From Candidatus Pacearchaeota archaeon (GTDB lineage Archaea > Nanobdellota > Nanobdellia > Pacearchaeales > GW2011-AR1): a stretch of 64,000 bases of DNA. A program made the position numbers and the translations under genes. A model generated the notes under the pieces. It had not been told where the DNA came from. It did not search any database and saw only the letters and a program-made list of their open reading frames with translations. The stretch lies in assembly GCA_016866995.1 (NCBI GenBank), contig VGKQ01000002.1:221-64220 (forward strand), in the 5' to 3' direction. Every line of letters begins with the position of its first letter. The stretch's first letter is position 1. Shown one piece after another: positions 44,027 to 52,768 of this stretch.

Positions 44027-44563
44027 TTAATTTACAAATAAACTATGCCTCTCTGCATGTGTCAGTTCTTCAATTAATCTTTTTTCAACAGCTTTTTTTG
44101 GGTCAGGCAGGCTTGGAATTCTTTGTTTTATTTCTTCAAAACTTGAGAATGCTTTCTCTTCTCTTGCTTTTAAAATTTCCTGCATGTGCTTCTTTCCAAA
44201 ACCCGGAAGCAGCTCAAGCTGATGCAGTCTTGTGTTTACGGGCTCTGCTTTGTTGAAAAAATCAACAAATCTTTTCTCATTTTCAGAGATTGTCTGGTTG
44301 ATATATTCCTGCAGCTGAATTTTTGCTGTTTCAGTTAATTTTTCCTGTGGAAGTCTTCCTAGAATATAGTATATCCTGTCTCTTTTTCCTTCCCCAATAT
44401 AAACTTTTTCTTTTAACTCAAGTTTAATTCCTCTTCTCGGAACAAGCTGAAGAAGCGTAAAATTATTCAAGCCTATAGCTTGGGCTATAGGCATCATCTT
44501 TCCTTCCAACGGATATCCATATGGCAAATAATCTAGCACAATCGCGTATTCTTCTTTCTCCAT
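44027..44563 (-). CDS. DUF655/COG1491-type OB-fold plus HhH nucleic-acid-binding protein
   Basis: EEYAIVLDYLPYGYP N-terminus and LELLPGFGKKHMQEIL. Conserved position after rpoF. Confidence 0.7.
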   Translation of the reverse strand: MEKEEYAIVLDYLPYGYPLEGKMMPIAQAIGLNNFTLLQLVPRRGIKLELKEKVYIGEGKRDRIYYILGRLPQEKLTETAKIQLQEYINQTISENEKRFVDFFNKAEPVNTRLHQLELLPGFGKKHMQEILKAREEKAFSSFEEIKQRIPSLPDPKKAVEKRLIEELTHAERHSLFVN

Positions 44564-44568
44564 GTTTC

Positions 44569-44859
44569 TTATTTGTATTTTTTAACAATTTCAAGTATAC
44601 TTGAGTTTTCATTCTCATCTAAGCTTGTCTCTGTAAATATTTTTGCCAAATCCTGGGCATCTTCAGGCAGCAAGTCAATAATCTTTGCTGTATGCTCTTC
44701 TTTGATTTTTATATTTCCGAGTTTTTCTATTTCTTCCCTCATCTTCTTTGCCTCGCTCGGCTTTAATTTTATAAATCTTTTAATAGATGCTTTCAGTTCG
44801 CCTTCCTCCAGGTACTCGCTTACTTCTGCCATGCCTAATGCCTTTGTTTCTTTTATCAT
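44569..44859 (-). CDS. rpoF: RNA polymerase subunit F (Rpo4)-like
   Basis: Size, helical pattern (KLKPSEAKKMREEIEKL...AKIIDLLPEDAQDL) and synteny rpl21e-rpoF-COG1491. Confidence 0.6.
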   Translation of the reverse strand: MIKETKALGMAEVSEYLEEGELKASIKRFIKLKPSEAKKMREEIEKLGNIKIKEEHTAKIIDLLPEDAQDLAKIFTETSLDENENSSILEIVKKYK

Positions 44860-44860
44860 T

Positions 44861-45145
44861 TTAAATTAATTTAGCTAAATTTTTATTTCTTTCTCTGATG
44901 GTATCAGATACTCTATCAATTGCATAACCAAAATAATAAGGTGCGATTGCTCCACCAAAAACCAAAATAGGTAATGTTGCAGCTGTGATATTTTTCACGA
45001 TATTGTTTTCACTATTTAGAGCAGATGTTATAGAATACAAAAGCAAACCATAAAATCCTAATGTCACGACTCCTGCAGCAATCATAACTGGCCAGTTTCT
45101 TTTTTCCTTCATGAACTCAAATTCTAATTGTTTTGGTTTTTTCAT
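44861..45145 (-). CDS. small membrane protein
   Basis: 94 aa with 2-3 TM segments. Confidence 0.5.
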   Translation of the reverse strand: MKKPKQLEFEFMKEKRNWPVMIAAGVVTLGFYGLLLYSITSALNSENNIVKNITAATLPILVFGGAIAPYYFGYAIDRVSDTIRERNKNLAKLI

Positions 45146-45200
45146 TTTTTGAATTTATTTTTTATCTTTATATCATTTTCTTATCTTGCTTATATTTTAT

Positions 45201-45452
45201 TTATTTTATCTTTTTTAAATGTATAGCAGGAATTATATATCTTTTCTCCTGTTTATTGTCTTTTATTTTTACTATATAAGCCTTTCCTCTTCTGCTTTCC
45301 ACTACCCCTGTCTTCCCCTGCATTCTTTTTGGAAAGCCTGTAATAATGCTGTGCTCTCTTACTATTGCAACCCTGTCTCCTTCTCCAAGTTCTTGAAAAT
45401 ATATGCTTAATCTTATCTTTCCTTTTTCTCTTTCTTGTTTTCTTTTATTCAT
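45201..45452 (-). CDS. rpl21e: 50S ribosomal protein L21e (eL21)
   Basis: GDRVAIVREHSIITGFPKRMQGKTGVVESRRGKAYIVKIKD...IHLKKI. Confidence 0.85.
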   Translation of the reverse strand: MNKRKQEREKGKIRLSIYFQELGEGDRVAIVREHSIITGFPKRMQGKTGVVESRRGKAYIVKIKDNKQEKRYIIPAIHLKKIK

Positions 45453-45464
45453 CTTAAATTTCCT

Positions 45465-45776
45465 TTACTTCTGCCTCCTTGTTCTCATTTTATGTATCAT
45501 CTCATTCATTAAATTTTCCATGACTTCTGCTGTTGCCGCAAACAGATTATAATCTGTTGATTTTGAGTTTAATATTTTATTGTCTTTTTTCAAGCTTCCT
45601 TTGACTTCATGCAGAAAAGCCTTTCCTCTTCTGCTTTTTTTCAATCTCAGCTTGATATATTCATACTCTGCTCTTTCGTCTATCTTATGCTTATAATTGT
45701 TGATTATATTCCCAACAATAGCCTTCTCAGCTTCTTCCAGTTCAAACCCGGATAAAAATATCTTTCCGTTTGCCAT
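45465..45776 (-). CDS. small protein with an HPF/RaiA (S30AE)-like sequence pattern
   Basis: KIFLSGFELEEAEKAIVGNIINNYKHKI...IKLRLKK...LHEVKGSL...STDYNLFAATAEVMENLMNEMIHKMRTRRQ follows the beta-alpha-beta-beta-beta-alpha HPF pattern. This is a pattern-level call only. Confidence 0.4.
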   Translation of the reverse strand: MANGKIFLSGFELEEAEKAIVGNIINNYKHKIDERAEYEYIKLRLKKSRRGKAFLHEVKGSLKKDNKILNSKSTDYNLFAATAEVMENLMNEMIHKMRTRRQK

Positions 45777-45834
45777 GTTTTGTTATCTTTAGCCAAGAGT
45801 AAAATCAGTTTTTAAATCTTGTGTTAAACAAAAA

Positions 45835-46032
45835 TTAAAGAATTTCTTTTCCTTTTTCAAATTCCATGCTTATTGAACCCTGCATCAAGTTTCCCTTTTC
45901 CTTTGCCTGCCCCATATTATCAATTATCGCCTTGAACATCCTTTCTCCCCAAACTTTCAATCCACACTTATCACAAACATCAACTGCTCTTTCATCATTA
46001 ATTTCACATTTGCAATATACACATTTCCCCAT
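45835..46032 (-). CDS. small zinc-ribbon protein
   Basis: CVYCKC...CDKCG. Confidence 0.55.
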   Translation of the reverse strand: MGKCVYCKCEINDERAVDVCDKCGLKVWGERMFKAIIDNMGQAKEKGNLMQGSISMEFEKGKEIL

Positions 46033-46110
46033 TTTTTATTTCACTTTTTTCTCCTTATCTATTTAATTTTACTTTTTAGTTTATAAATATTTGTATATTT
46101 TTTGCAATCG

Positions 46111-46431
46111 TTAAAAAGCCGGACTAAAATAAGCCAGAAGAAAAATAAATACAATTAAAGTTATAATAAATAAAATTCCTAAAGTGTATGCAATTAATAA
46201 AACTGCTTCTTTTTTCTTTCCGTCAAAATAAAGCATGATGGGCTTTCCAAAAACTAAAGCCCCAGTTAATCCAGCTGAAAATACAAACAATAAGAGCATT
46301 GCAATTGGAATCAAAACATTATCTGGAGCTTTTGGCATGCTGGTCTGAAGATAAAACATAAATGATGCAACAAGAATTATGTATAATGTTGTTGAAATTG
46401 CATCAATAAGAGCTCTTTTTGCTATGTTCAT
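46111..46431 (-). CDS. membrane protein (3 TM)
   Basis: 106 aa, hydrophobic. Confidence 0.55.
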   Translation of the reverse strand: MNIAKRALIDAISTTLYIILVASFMFYLQTSMPKAPDNVLIPIAMLLLFVFSAGLTGALVFGKPIMLYFDGKKKEAVLLIAYTLGILFIITLIVFIFLLAYFSPAF

Positions 46432-46470
46432 GTTTTATTAATGTATTTGGCTATTTTAAAGTTTATGAAA

Positions 46471-46794
46471 CTAAGCCATAATTTTGTTTTGAGGGATGCA
46501 AGATTCAGATAATTTTAAATCTATAGCCATTAATGATTTTACAATTGAGCTGTCTAAATTAATTTTGTAAAGCTTGCTCTTTCCTATTTTTCTGGTTTCA
46601 ATTATTATTTCTTGTTTTATTAATTTAGGCAATAAATCTATCAAAGTAGTGTAGGCTGTTTTGCTGCCTTTTGCTATTTGAGGCAAGGAAAAATCCAAAG
46701 CAAAGTTATCCATAAGAAAATCTAAGATTCTCATCTTAGGATTATCTCCCAAATACTGCAAAAAAAATGATTCTTCAGTATTGCGGGTTCCCAT
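46471..46794 (-). CDS. wHTH transcriptional regulator-like protein
   Basis: PKMRILDFLMDNFALDFSLPQIAKGSKTAYTTLIDLLPKLIKQEII. Confidence 0.55.
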   Translation of the reverse strand: MGTRNTEESFFLQYLGDNPKMRILDFLMDNFALDFSLPQIAKGSKTAYTTLIDLLPKLIKQEIIIETRKIGKSKLYKINLDSSIVKSLMAIDLKLSESCIPQNKIMA

Positions 46795-46918
46795 ATGTAC
46801 TATAAAACATAAGCATATTTAAATCTTTCTATTTTTGTATTTAATTTATTAAAAAAGTGTTTAATTTACATTGCATCCCAATGTATATAAAGAATGTTTT
46901 CTTTTGACAAGAAAAGAA

Positions 46919-47206
46919 ATGAAAATGGCAAGTTATGAAGAACTAAAAGCTCAACTTTTATATAAGCTGTATAGAAAAGGAAAATGGGGAGGGGCTCATA
47001 CTCCTTTAAGAAATTTATTTCATCTAATGGATAATGCAAGTATAAAAGATTCAGAAAAAGCAGCCAAAGAACTTGCAAATTTGGAATTAGTTTATCTAAA
47101 AATTTCAACAGGAGAAAAGCATATCAGCTTAAATTCTCACAAAAGCAGGGAAATAAAAGAATATATTATTAGTGTTTTAAAAATCAATCCCAAATTATTA
47201 AAATAA
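46919..47206 (+). CDS. hypothetical protein
   Basis: Start trimmed to MKMASYEELKAQ. Confidence 0.45.
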   Translation: MKMASYEELKAQLLYKLYRKGKWGGAHTPLRNLFHLMDNASIKDSEKAAKELANLELVYLKISTGEKHISLNSHKSREIKEYIISVLKINPKLLK

Positions 47207-47209
47207 AAC

Positions 47210-47452
47210 CTAAATTAATTCTCTCTCATCTCTCCACTGCTGTACATGATTTCTGCAGTACTGCTTGAATTCAGGAGTTCCAATAAAATTCATGCTGAAC
47301 TTAATCCATGTTTCATTATCCACACCCCTGCCAATACATATATCAGTACTTCCCGCCATAACCCAATCCATTCCAAAACAATCACTCATAAAGTAATGAA
47401 TTGCGCTATCACCTATCTTCAGATTTACTTCCTCAAATTTGTCAATATACAT
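47210..47452 (-). CDS. hypothetical protein
   Basis: 80-aa ORF, W/C/H/D-rich. Confidence 0.45.
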   Translation of the reverse strand: MYIDKFEEVNLKIGDSAIHYFMSDCFGMDWVMAGSTDICIGRGVDNETWIKFSMNFIGTPEFKQYCRNHVQQWRDERELI

Positions 47453-47566
47453 TCTTAATCCTGCTTTTTCAGCCCAAGTTAATTCTATGCCAGTATTTTT
47501 TCAATAAAATCTGATGCAATTCCAAGTGCTTCTGATAAATATTCTAATCTATTTATAGCAGTCATT

Positions 47567-48781
47567 TTACTCATACCTCAGAGCATCAACTGGCTTCAGC
47601 TTTGAAGCCCGATATGAAGGCAGAATTCCTGACAAGCTTCCAATTAAAAATGAGAAGGCAAGAACAGAGAGAGTAAGATACCATGGAAAATATACTTGTA
47701 ATAAAGTTCCTGTATACGGAGCTGCGATAATTTCAACTAATTTTCCTCCAATATAACCAATCAAAATTCCTATTATCCCTCCAACTAATCCAAGCAATCC
47801 AGATTCAATCAAGAATATCTTGAGTATATCAGAATTTCTGGCTCCAACTGCCTTCATTGTCCCAATCTCATTTGTTCTCTCCAAAACACTTGTATACATT
47901 GTGTTCATAATTCCAATTCCTCCTACAAGCAGAGAAATAGCTCCTATTCCAACAAGAAAAGCTGTAATTATATTCAAGATAACTGAAAAGCTTGCCAATA
48001 ATTCTTCAGGAGTTAGTATTTCAAAATCTCTTGTCTTCTCTGTCAATCCTCTAAACTTGAGCAATTTTGTTTTTGCTTTATCTGCAATATCTTTGATGTT
48101 TTCTCCTGGCTGAATCTGGACATAAATTGTGTCAACTCTATTTGTTTTTCCAAAAATTTCTTCATATGTGTCAAGAAACATGTAAATATTCTGGTCATCA
48201 GAAGGATTTCCGACTGTAGCAAGTATGCTTATAATTTTTACTTCAACACCATTTATTTTTATTGTGTCTCCAATATTAATCGGCTTTCCGAACAAGTTTC
48301 CTGTCTTATACAAATTTCCCAATGCTACTTCCATTTTTTTTGCTTTTTCAACAGGTTTCCCATCTTCTATTTTCAATCCTCCTGCTTCAAAAAACAGGTT
48401 TACATTTTCTTTTGGAAAAGCAGCCACAAGATAATATCTTGTTCTCAAGTTAAACTCAAGTTTTGCGTTTCCTGCAAGAAGATAGCTTGTTGCTTTTACT
48501 CCTGAAATTTTGCTTATAACATTAACATCATCTGTTGTCAATTCAACTGCTCCACCGCTTCCAGGAGCACCAGCCATTCCTTTTGGCATTATGAAAAATT
48601 TGTCGCTTCCAAGAATCTTAAACTGTTCATTTATAGCATTGCTTAATCCCAGGCTCAAGCCAAGAAGCAGGAAAATAGTTGCAATTGCTATAAAAATTCC
48701 TGAAATTGTGAGCCAGCTTCTAAGTTTTCTTTTTCTTAAATTCTTGACAGAATATAAAAAATAATCTGCTATCATCTTCAA
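47567..48781 (-). CDS. FtsX/MacB-type ABC transporter permease
   Basis: N-terminal TM, periplasmic-type domain, and C-terminal FtsX 3-TM (LLVGGIGIMNTMYTSVLERTNEIGTMKAVGA). Confidence 0.9.
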   Translation of the reverse strand: MKMIADYFLYSVKNLRKRKLRSWLTISGIFIAIATIFLLLGLSLGLSNAINEQFKILGSDKFFIMPKGMAGAPGSGGAVELTTDDVNVISKISGVKATSYLLAGNAKLEFNLRTRYYLVAAFPKENVNLFFEAGGLKIEDGKPVEKAKKMEVALGNLYKTGNLFGKPINIGDTIKINGVEVKIISILATVGNPSDDQNIYMFLDTYEEIFGKTNRVDTIYVQIQPGENIKDIADKAKTKLLKFRGLTEKTRDFEILTPEELLASFSVILNIITAFLVGIGAISLLVGGIGIMNTMYTSVLERTNEIGTMKAVGARNSDILKIFLIESGLLGLVGGIIGILIGYIGGKLVEIIAAPYTGTLLQVYFPWYLTLSVLAFSFLIGSLSGILPSYRASKLKPVDALRYE

Positions 48782-48789
48782 ATATCTTA

Positions 48790-48852
48790 CAAATCACACC
48801 GCACATCTGCAGATGTGCGCCCAAACCCGCAGGTTTGGGTTCGTGTGATTTG
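48790..48852. other. GC-rich 63-nt element predicted to form a three-way junction
   Basis: Outer stem CAAATCACAC/GTGTGATTTG (48790-99/48843-52). Inner hairpins CGCACATC-tgca-GATGTGCG (48800-19) and CCCAAACC-cgca-GGTTTGGG (48820-39). Confidence 0.8.
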
Positions 48853-48869
48853 TCTGTAATTTAATTTTA

Positions 48870-49259
48870 TCATCTTCTCTCCTCGCCTCGTAGATTATGG
48901 ACAACTCTTGACAAATCTTGCTCAAAATTTCTTATTATTCCTTCAACCCCGGTTTCCATGATAGATGTTTCAATGAGCTCTCCAATACTCCCTTGGATTC
49001 CTTTTTCTTCTGTAAATGCACTATAAGCAAAAAATCTTACTTCAGGATGATTTCTTATCAATTCTTGTAAAGCTATGGCTTTTCCATCAAAATGAACTAA
49101 TACAAAATTAATTTTATCTAAAGATAATACTCTATCAACTTCTTCAGTCATTCTTGCTACCCGAATATCTTCTACTCCTAACTTAATCAATGCTTCTCGT
49201 GCTTCTTCATATTTAGATCTTACATGATAAAATGGGCTTTCGTAAAATATAACTTTCAT
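48870..49259 (-). CDS. hypothetical 129-aa protein between the two permease genes
   Basis: ATGA overlap with the stop of 49256..50467. Composition unlike its neighbours. Confidence 0.55.
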   Translation of the reverse strand: MKVIFYESPFYHVRSKYEEAREALIKLGVEDIRVARMTEEVDRVLSLDKINFVLVHFDGKAIALQELIRNHPEVRFFAYSAFTEEKGIQGSIGELIETSIMETGVEGIIRNFEQDLSRVVHNLRGEERR

Positions 49260-50467
49260 GCTCGCAAAGCCTCAACTGGATTTAATTTTGAAGCTTGATA
49301 AGCAGGCAATAATCCTGCAAAAATTCCAATCAGGAAAGAAAAGGATACTGCTCCAATTAAAAGAGTATAAGATACAGAAACATTAATTATACTTGATTGA
49401 AATGCAGAATTAGCAATAAATGAAACAAGAAATGCAAACCCCAGTCCAATCCCAGCACCAATAATTCCTCCTACAAGTCCAAGCAATCCAGATTCAATCA
49501 AAAATATCTTGAGTATATCAGAATTTCTGGCTCCAATTGCTTTCATTGCCCCTATTTCCTTAGTTCTCTCAAGAACACTTGTATACATAGTATTCATAAT
49601 TCCAATTCCACCAACAAGCAGAGAAATAGCAGCAATTCCGCTAACAACAATATTAATAACATCAAGAACAGTATTTATTGAAGAAATTGCCTGAAGCGGA
49701 GTTAGAACAGAAAAATCTTCTTCCCCGATTTTTTCATTTCTGTCTTTTCTTAATTTCTGCTCAATTCTTGCTGCAACTTGTTCTGTAACTTCCACATTAT
49801 CAGTTTTTATCATAATTATGTCAATCTCATCCCCAATTCCAAGAAGACTTTTCATGTCATCTTCCATCATCAAAATTGCCAAATTAACTTGAAAAGAACT
49901 AGCTGGCTTTAAAATTCCTACAACTTCAAAATCCTTTCCCTGAATATTTAATGCAGAGCCAACCCGAATTTTCTTGTCAAATGAATTTCCTGTAAAAGAG
50001 CTTCCAAGAACAACCTTTCCCTTATCCCCTTCTTTAAGCAATCTTCCATCTTGTGTTCTTAAATCAAGAGAATTATAAATTAAATCAATTTGTTTCTGGT
50101 TTTCAGGCATACTTGCAACATAGTTAAAATTAACTGCTTTATTATACTCAATTCTCGCAATTCTTATTAATCTTGGAATTACTTCTGAAATACCCTGAAC
50201 TTTCTCAATCAAGTTTAAATCATGGCTTGTTAATTTTTTTATAACAGTGCTTCCAGGAGGGCCAAAGCCAGTTCCTGCATTCTGCACAGTTAAGACATCA
50301 GCTGACAGCGAGCCAAACTGTCCTGTTACAGCTGTTTTTAATCCTTCTCCCAAACTTATTAATGAAACAACAGCCGCAATCCCGATAAATATCCCGAGCA
50401 TGGTGAGCCATGCTCTAAGCTTTCTTCTTCTAAGATTTGAGATAGATAAAGAGATATACTGTTTCAT
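49256..50467 (-). CDS. FtsX/MacB-type ABC transporter permease (paralog)
   Basis: Same architecture, with LLVGGIGIMNTMYTSVLERTKEIGAMKAIGA. Confidence 0.9.
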   Translation of the reverse strand: MKQYISLSISNLRRRKLRAWLTMLGIFIGIAAVVSLISLGEGLKTAVTGQFGSLSADVLTVQNAGTGFGPPGSTVIKKLTSHDLNLIEKVQGISEVIPRLIRIARIEYNKAVNFNYVASMPENQKQIDLIYNSLDLRTQDGRLLKEGDKGKVVLGSSFTGNSFDKKIRVGSALNIQGKDFEVVGILKPASSFQVNLAILMMEDDMKSLLGIGDEIDIIMIKTDNVEVTEQVAARIEQKLRKDRNEKIGEEDFSVLTPLQAISSINTVLDVINIVVSGIAAISLLVGGIGIMNTMYTSVLERTKEIGAMKAIGARNSDILKIFLIESGLLGLVGGIIGAGIGLGFAFLVSFIANSAFQSSIINVSVSYTLLIGAVSFSFLIGIFAGLLPAYQASKLNPVEALRA

Positions 50468-50505
50468 GTTTTTCTCCAGTAATTTAATTTAGAACTCATG
50501 GGAGA

Positions 50506-51426
50506 TTACATCTCCTGGTTTTTCTTCCTTCTTCTTAAAATTCCTCTTATAATTCTGTAAACAATATAAGCGACAATTAAAATTACAACAATAAGAACAA
50601 TTATTGATGTATAGCTTTTCTGAATCAAGCCAGCATTAATTGCTTCTTGCAGCGTATAAGATTTAACTTGCAAATTAAAGCTTTCTGCATAATCTTTATT
50701 TCTTGAATCTTTATATAAAATTATTAAAGGAATATTTATTGAGTTTGCTGAGCCAGAGACAGGGAATAAGCTTAATTTTACTGAATCAAAATCATCATTA
50801 TTCAAGTTTCCAATGTAAAAATTATCTGCGCCAATTATCCTTGCATTGCTTATTCCTTCTACTTTGACACTCAAAAACTTAGCATCTCCCAATCCAGAAT
50901 TTACAATCTTAATGTTAACATCATTGCTTTGCCCTTTGATTACTCCAGAATTATCAGAAGAAACAGAAAGCTTTGGCTTTGCATTAACAATTAAGCTTAT
51001 AACTCCAGAATCTTTCTTGCTCGCATTGTCAACTTTATATGAGATATCAACAGGAATTTTATAAATTCCAGAATCAGCATCAGAATTTGCAATCAAATCA
51101 AAACTAACATCTTGTGTCTTGTCTTTATTTATCCTCTCAATACTCTGGGTACTTGAAGATTGATACGGAGAAAATGGAACAGGCGCATACACTTGCTGCA
51201 ATCCGCTTGCAAGCTGTATGCTTGCTCCGTTTAAGTTCAAGCTTACAGATATTTCTTCTGCTCTGTCTCCTTTATTTTCAATTGTCAAAGTTACAGAAGA
51301 TTTTCCTCCTGGCTGTATCTCATCAGGATAACTTGAAACCTGAGAAATTGACAATGCTGATGCCAGGCTGAAACTTGTGATTATAACTGCTAATAGGATT
51401 ACTGGAATTAAGATTTTATTTTTCAT
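50506..51426 (-). CDS. secreted COG1361/CARDB-like (S-layer-domain-like) protein with C-terminal TM anchor
   Basis: Signal peptide, beta-rich repeats (TLTIENKGD, NIKIVNSGLGDA), C-terminal TM plus a basic tail. Confidence 0.55.
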   Translation of the reverse strand: MKNKILIPVILLAVIITSFSLASALSISQVSSYPDEIQPGGKSSVTLTIENKGDRAEEISVSLNLNGASIQLASGLQQVYAPVPFSPYQSSSTQSIERINKDKTQDVSFDLIANSDADSGIYKIPVDISYKVDNASKKDSGVISLIVNAKPKLSVSSDNSGVIKGQSNDVNIKIVNSGLGDAKFLSVKVEGISNARIIGADNFYIGNLNNDDFDSVKLSLFPVSGSANSINIPLIILYKDSRNKDYAESFNLQVKSYTLQEAINAGLIQKSYTSIIVLIVVILIVAYIVYRIIRGILRRRKKNQEM

Positions 51427-51638
51427 CTTCCACTTCCTGCCTTTGTTCTTCTACAAGCTTCTAAAGCATCTTCATGAACAATATGATCTAAAAAACTTCT
51501 CATGCGCCTAATTTCTTCCATATTTTGCAATATAAGAAAAGGAAAATTGCTTGTACCTACATATATATTAACTTTAGTATTATCTCCCTCTGTAATTTTT
51601 TCTGCATAAATTTCTCCATAAATTTGCTCTCTGCTCAT
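51423..51638 (-). CDS. hypothetical 71-aa protein, coupled on both sides
   Basis: ATGA overlaps with both the ABC ATPase stop and the next gene's start. Confidence 0.5.
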   Translation of the reverse strand: MSREQIYGEIYAEKITEGDNTKVNIYVGTSNFPFLILQNMEEIRRMRSFLDHIVHEDALEACRRTKAGSGR

Positions 51639-52312
51639 CTTTCAATTCTCCCATCCTTCAATTTCACAATGTGATTTGCCCTCTTAGCAAGATTAGCATC
51701 ATGAGTAACCATTATGACTGTTTTGCCTTCCTTGTTTAAGTTAATAAACATTTCCAGAATTTCCTCTCCTGTTCTCGAGTCAAGATTTCCAGTAGGCTCA
51801 TCTGCAAGTATGACTTCAGGATTGTTTGCCAAAGCCCGAGCAATCGCAACCCTCTGCCTCTCTCCTCCTGACAATTCTCCAGGAAGATGATTTAATCTAT
51901 GTCCAAGCTTGACTTTTTCAAGTAACTCACGAGCTCTTTCTTCTCTCTCTGATTTTTCCACGTTTTGAAACATCATTGGAAGAGCAACATTTTCTAGAGC
52001 TGTTAAAGTAGGAATCAGGTTAAATGTCTGAAAAACAAATCCAATTTTTCTTCCTCTTATCTGAGCTAATTCAGATTCTGGAAGATGCTCAATATTCATG
52101 CCATCAAGAAAAATATCTCCCTTGCTTGCCAAATCCAAAGCCCCAACTAAATTCATCATTGTGCTCTTTCCAGAGCCAGAAGGCCCGGTAATAGCCACAA
52201 AATCTCCTTTCTTAACCTCAAGATTGGCATCACAAACAGCTCTCACTTTTTCTTCTCCCATTTCAAAGTTCTTGCATACATTTTCAAGTTTTATTATGCT
52301 TTCTTGTTTCAT
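51635..52312 (-). CDS. ABC transporter ATP-binding protein (MacB/LolD-like)
   Basis: GPSGSGKST, LSGGERQRVAIARAL, ILADEPTGNLD. Confidence 0.95.
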   Translation of the reverse strand: MKQESIIKLENVCKNFEMGEEKVRAVCDANLEVKKGDFVAITGPSGSGKSTMMNLVGALDLASKGDIFLDGMNIEHLPESELAQIRGRKIGFVFQTFNLIPTLTALENVALPMMFQNVEKSEREERARELLEKVKLGHRLNHLPGELSGGERQRVAIARALANNPEVILADEPTGNLDSRTGEEILEMFINLNKEGKTVIMVTHDANLAKRANHIVKLKDGRIER

Positions 52313-52314
52313 TT

Positions 52315-52641
52315 TTATAATTCTCCTCTTATCCTTTTAAGTACTTTTTCTATTTCTGCGTCATTTAATCTTATTTCAGGTAATGCTTGATAATCCTTTC
52401 TTAATTTATTAACTCCCATAGTGCTAACTTCTGATTGTTCAGCAAGTATAATACACCTTTCAACTAAAGTGGTTTTGTCTAGTCCCCTTAATCCCTGTAA
52501 CATTCTCTCTTTTTGCTGTTTTGCCTCATCAGCTCTGCCTTCCTCCAGCATTAGTGATGCTAAACCAAGATAATTCTCAATCCAATGTCCTACTCCCACT
52601 ACATCGTTGGGGGTATGATATTCTTGTTCCATGTTAATCAT
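52315..52641 (-). CDS. hypothetical 108-aa protein heading the ABC operon
   Basis: ORF ends 2 nt before the ATPase ATG. The 5' leader carries the hairpin CTCAGA-gcgttt-TCTGAG. Confidence 0.5.
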   Translation of the reverse strand: MINMEQEYHTPNDVVGVGHWIENYLGLASLMLEEGRADEAKQQKERMLQGLRGLDKTTLVERCIILAEQSEVSTMGVNKLRKDYQALPEIRLNDAEIEKVLKRIRGEL

Positions 52642-52768
52642 CTCAGAAAACGCTCTGAGGCGCGAACACCTCTTAAATTAGCATAATAACAACCTTTATA
52701 AACCTTTTTTTCTGACAATTAATATTAAATAAACATAATAACATTTATTATTGTTATAGAAGGATAAA

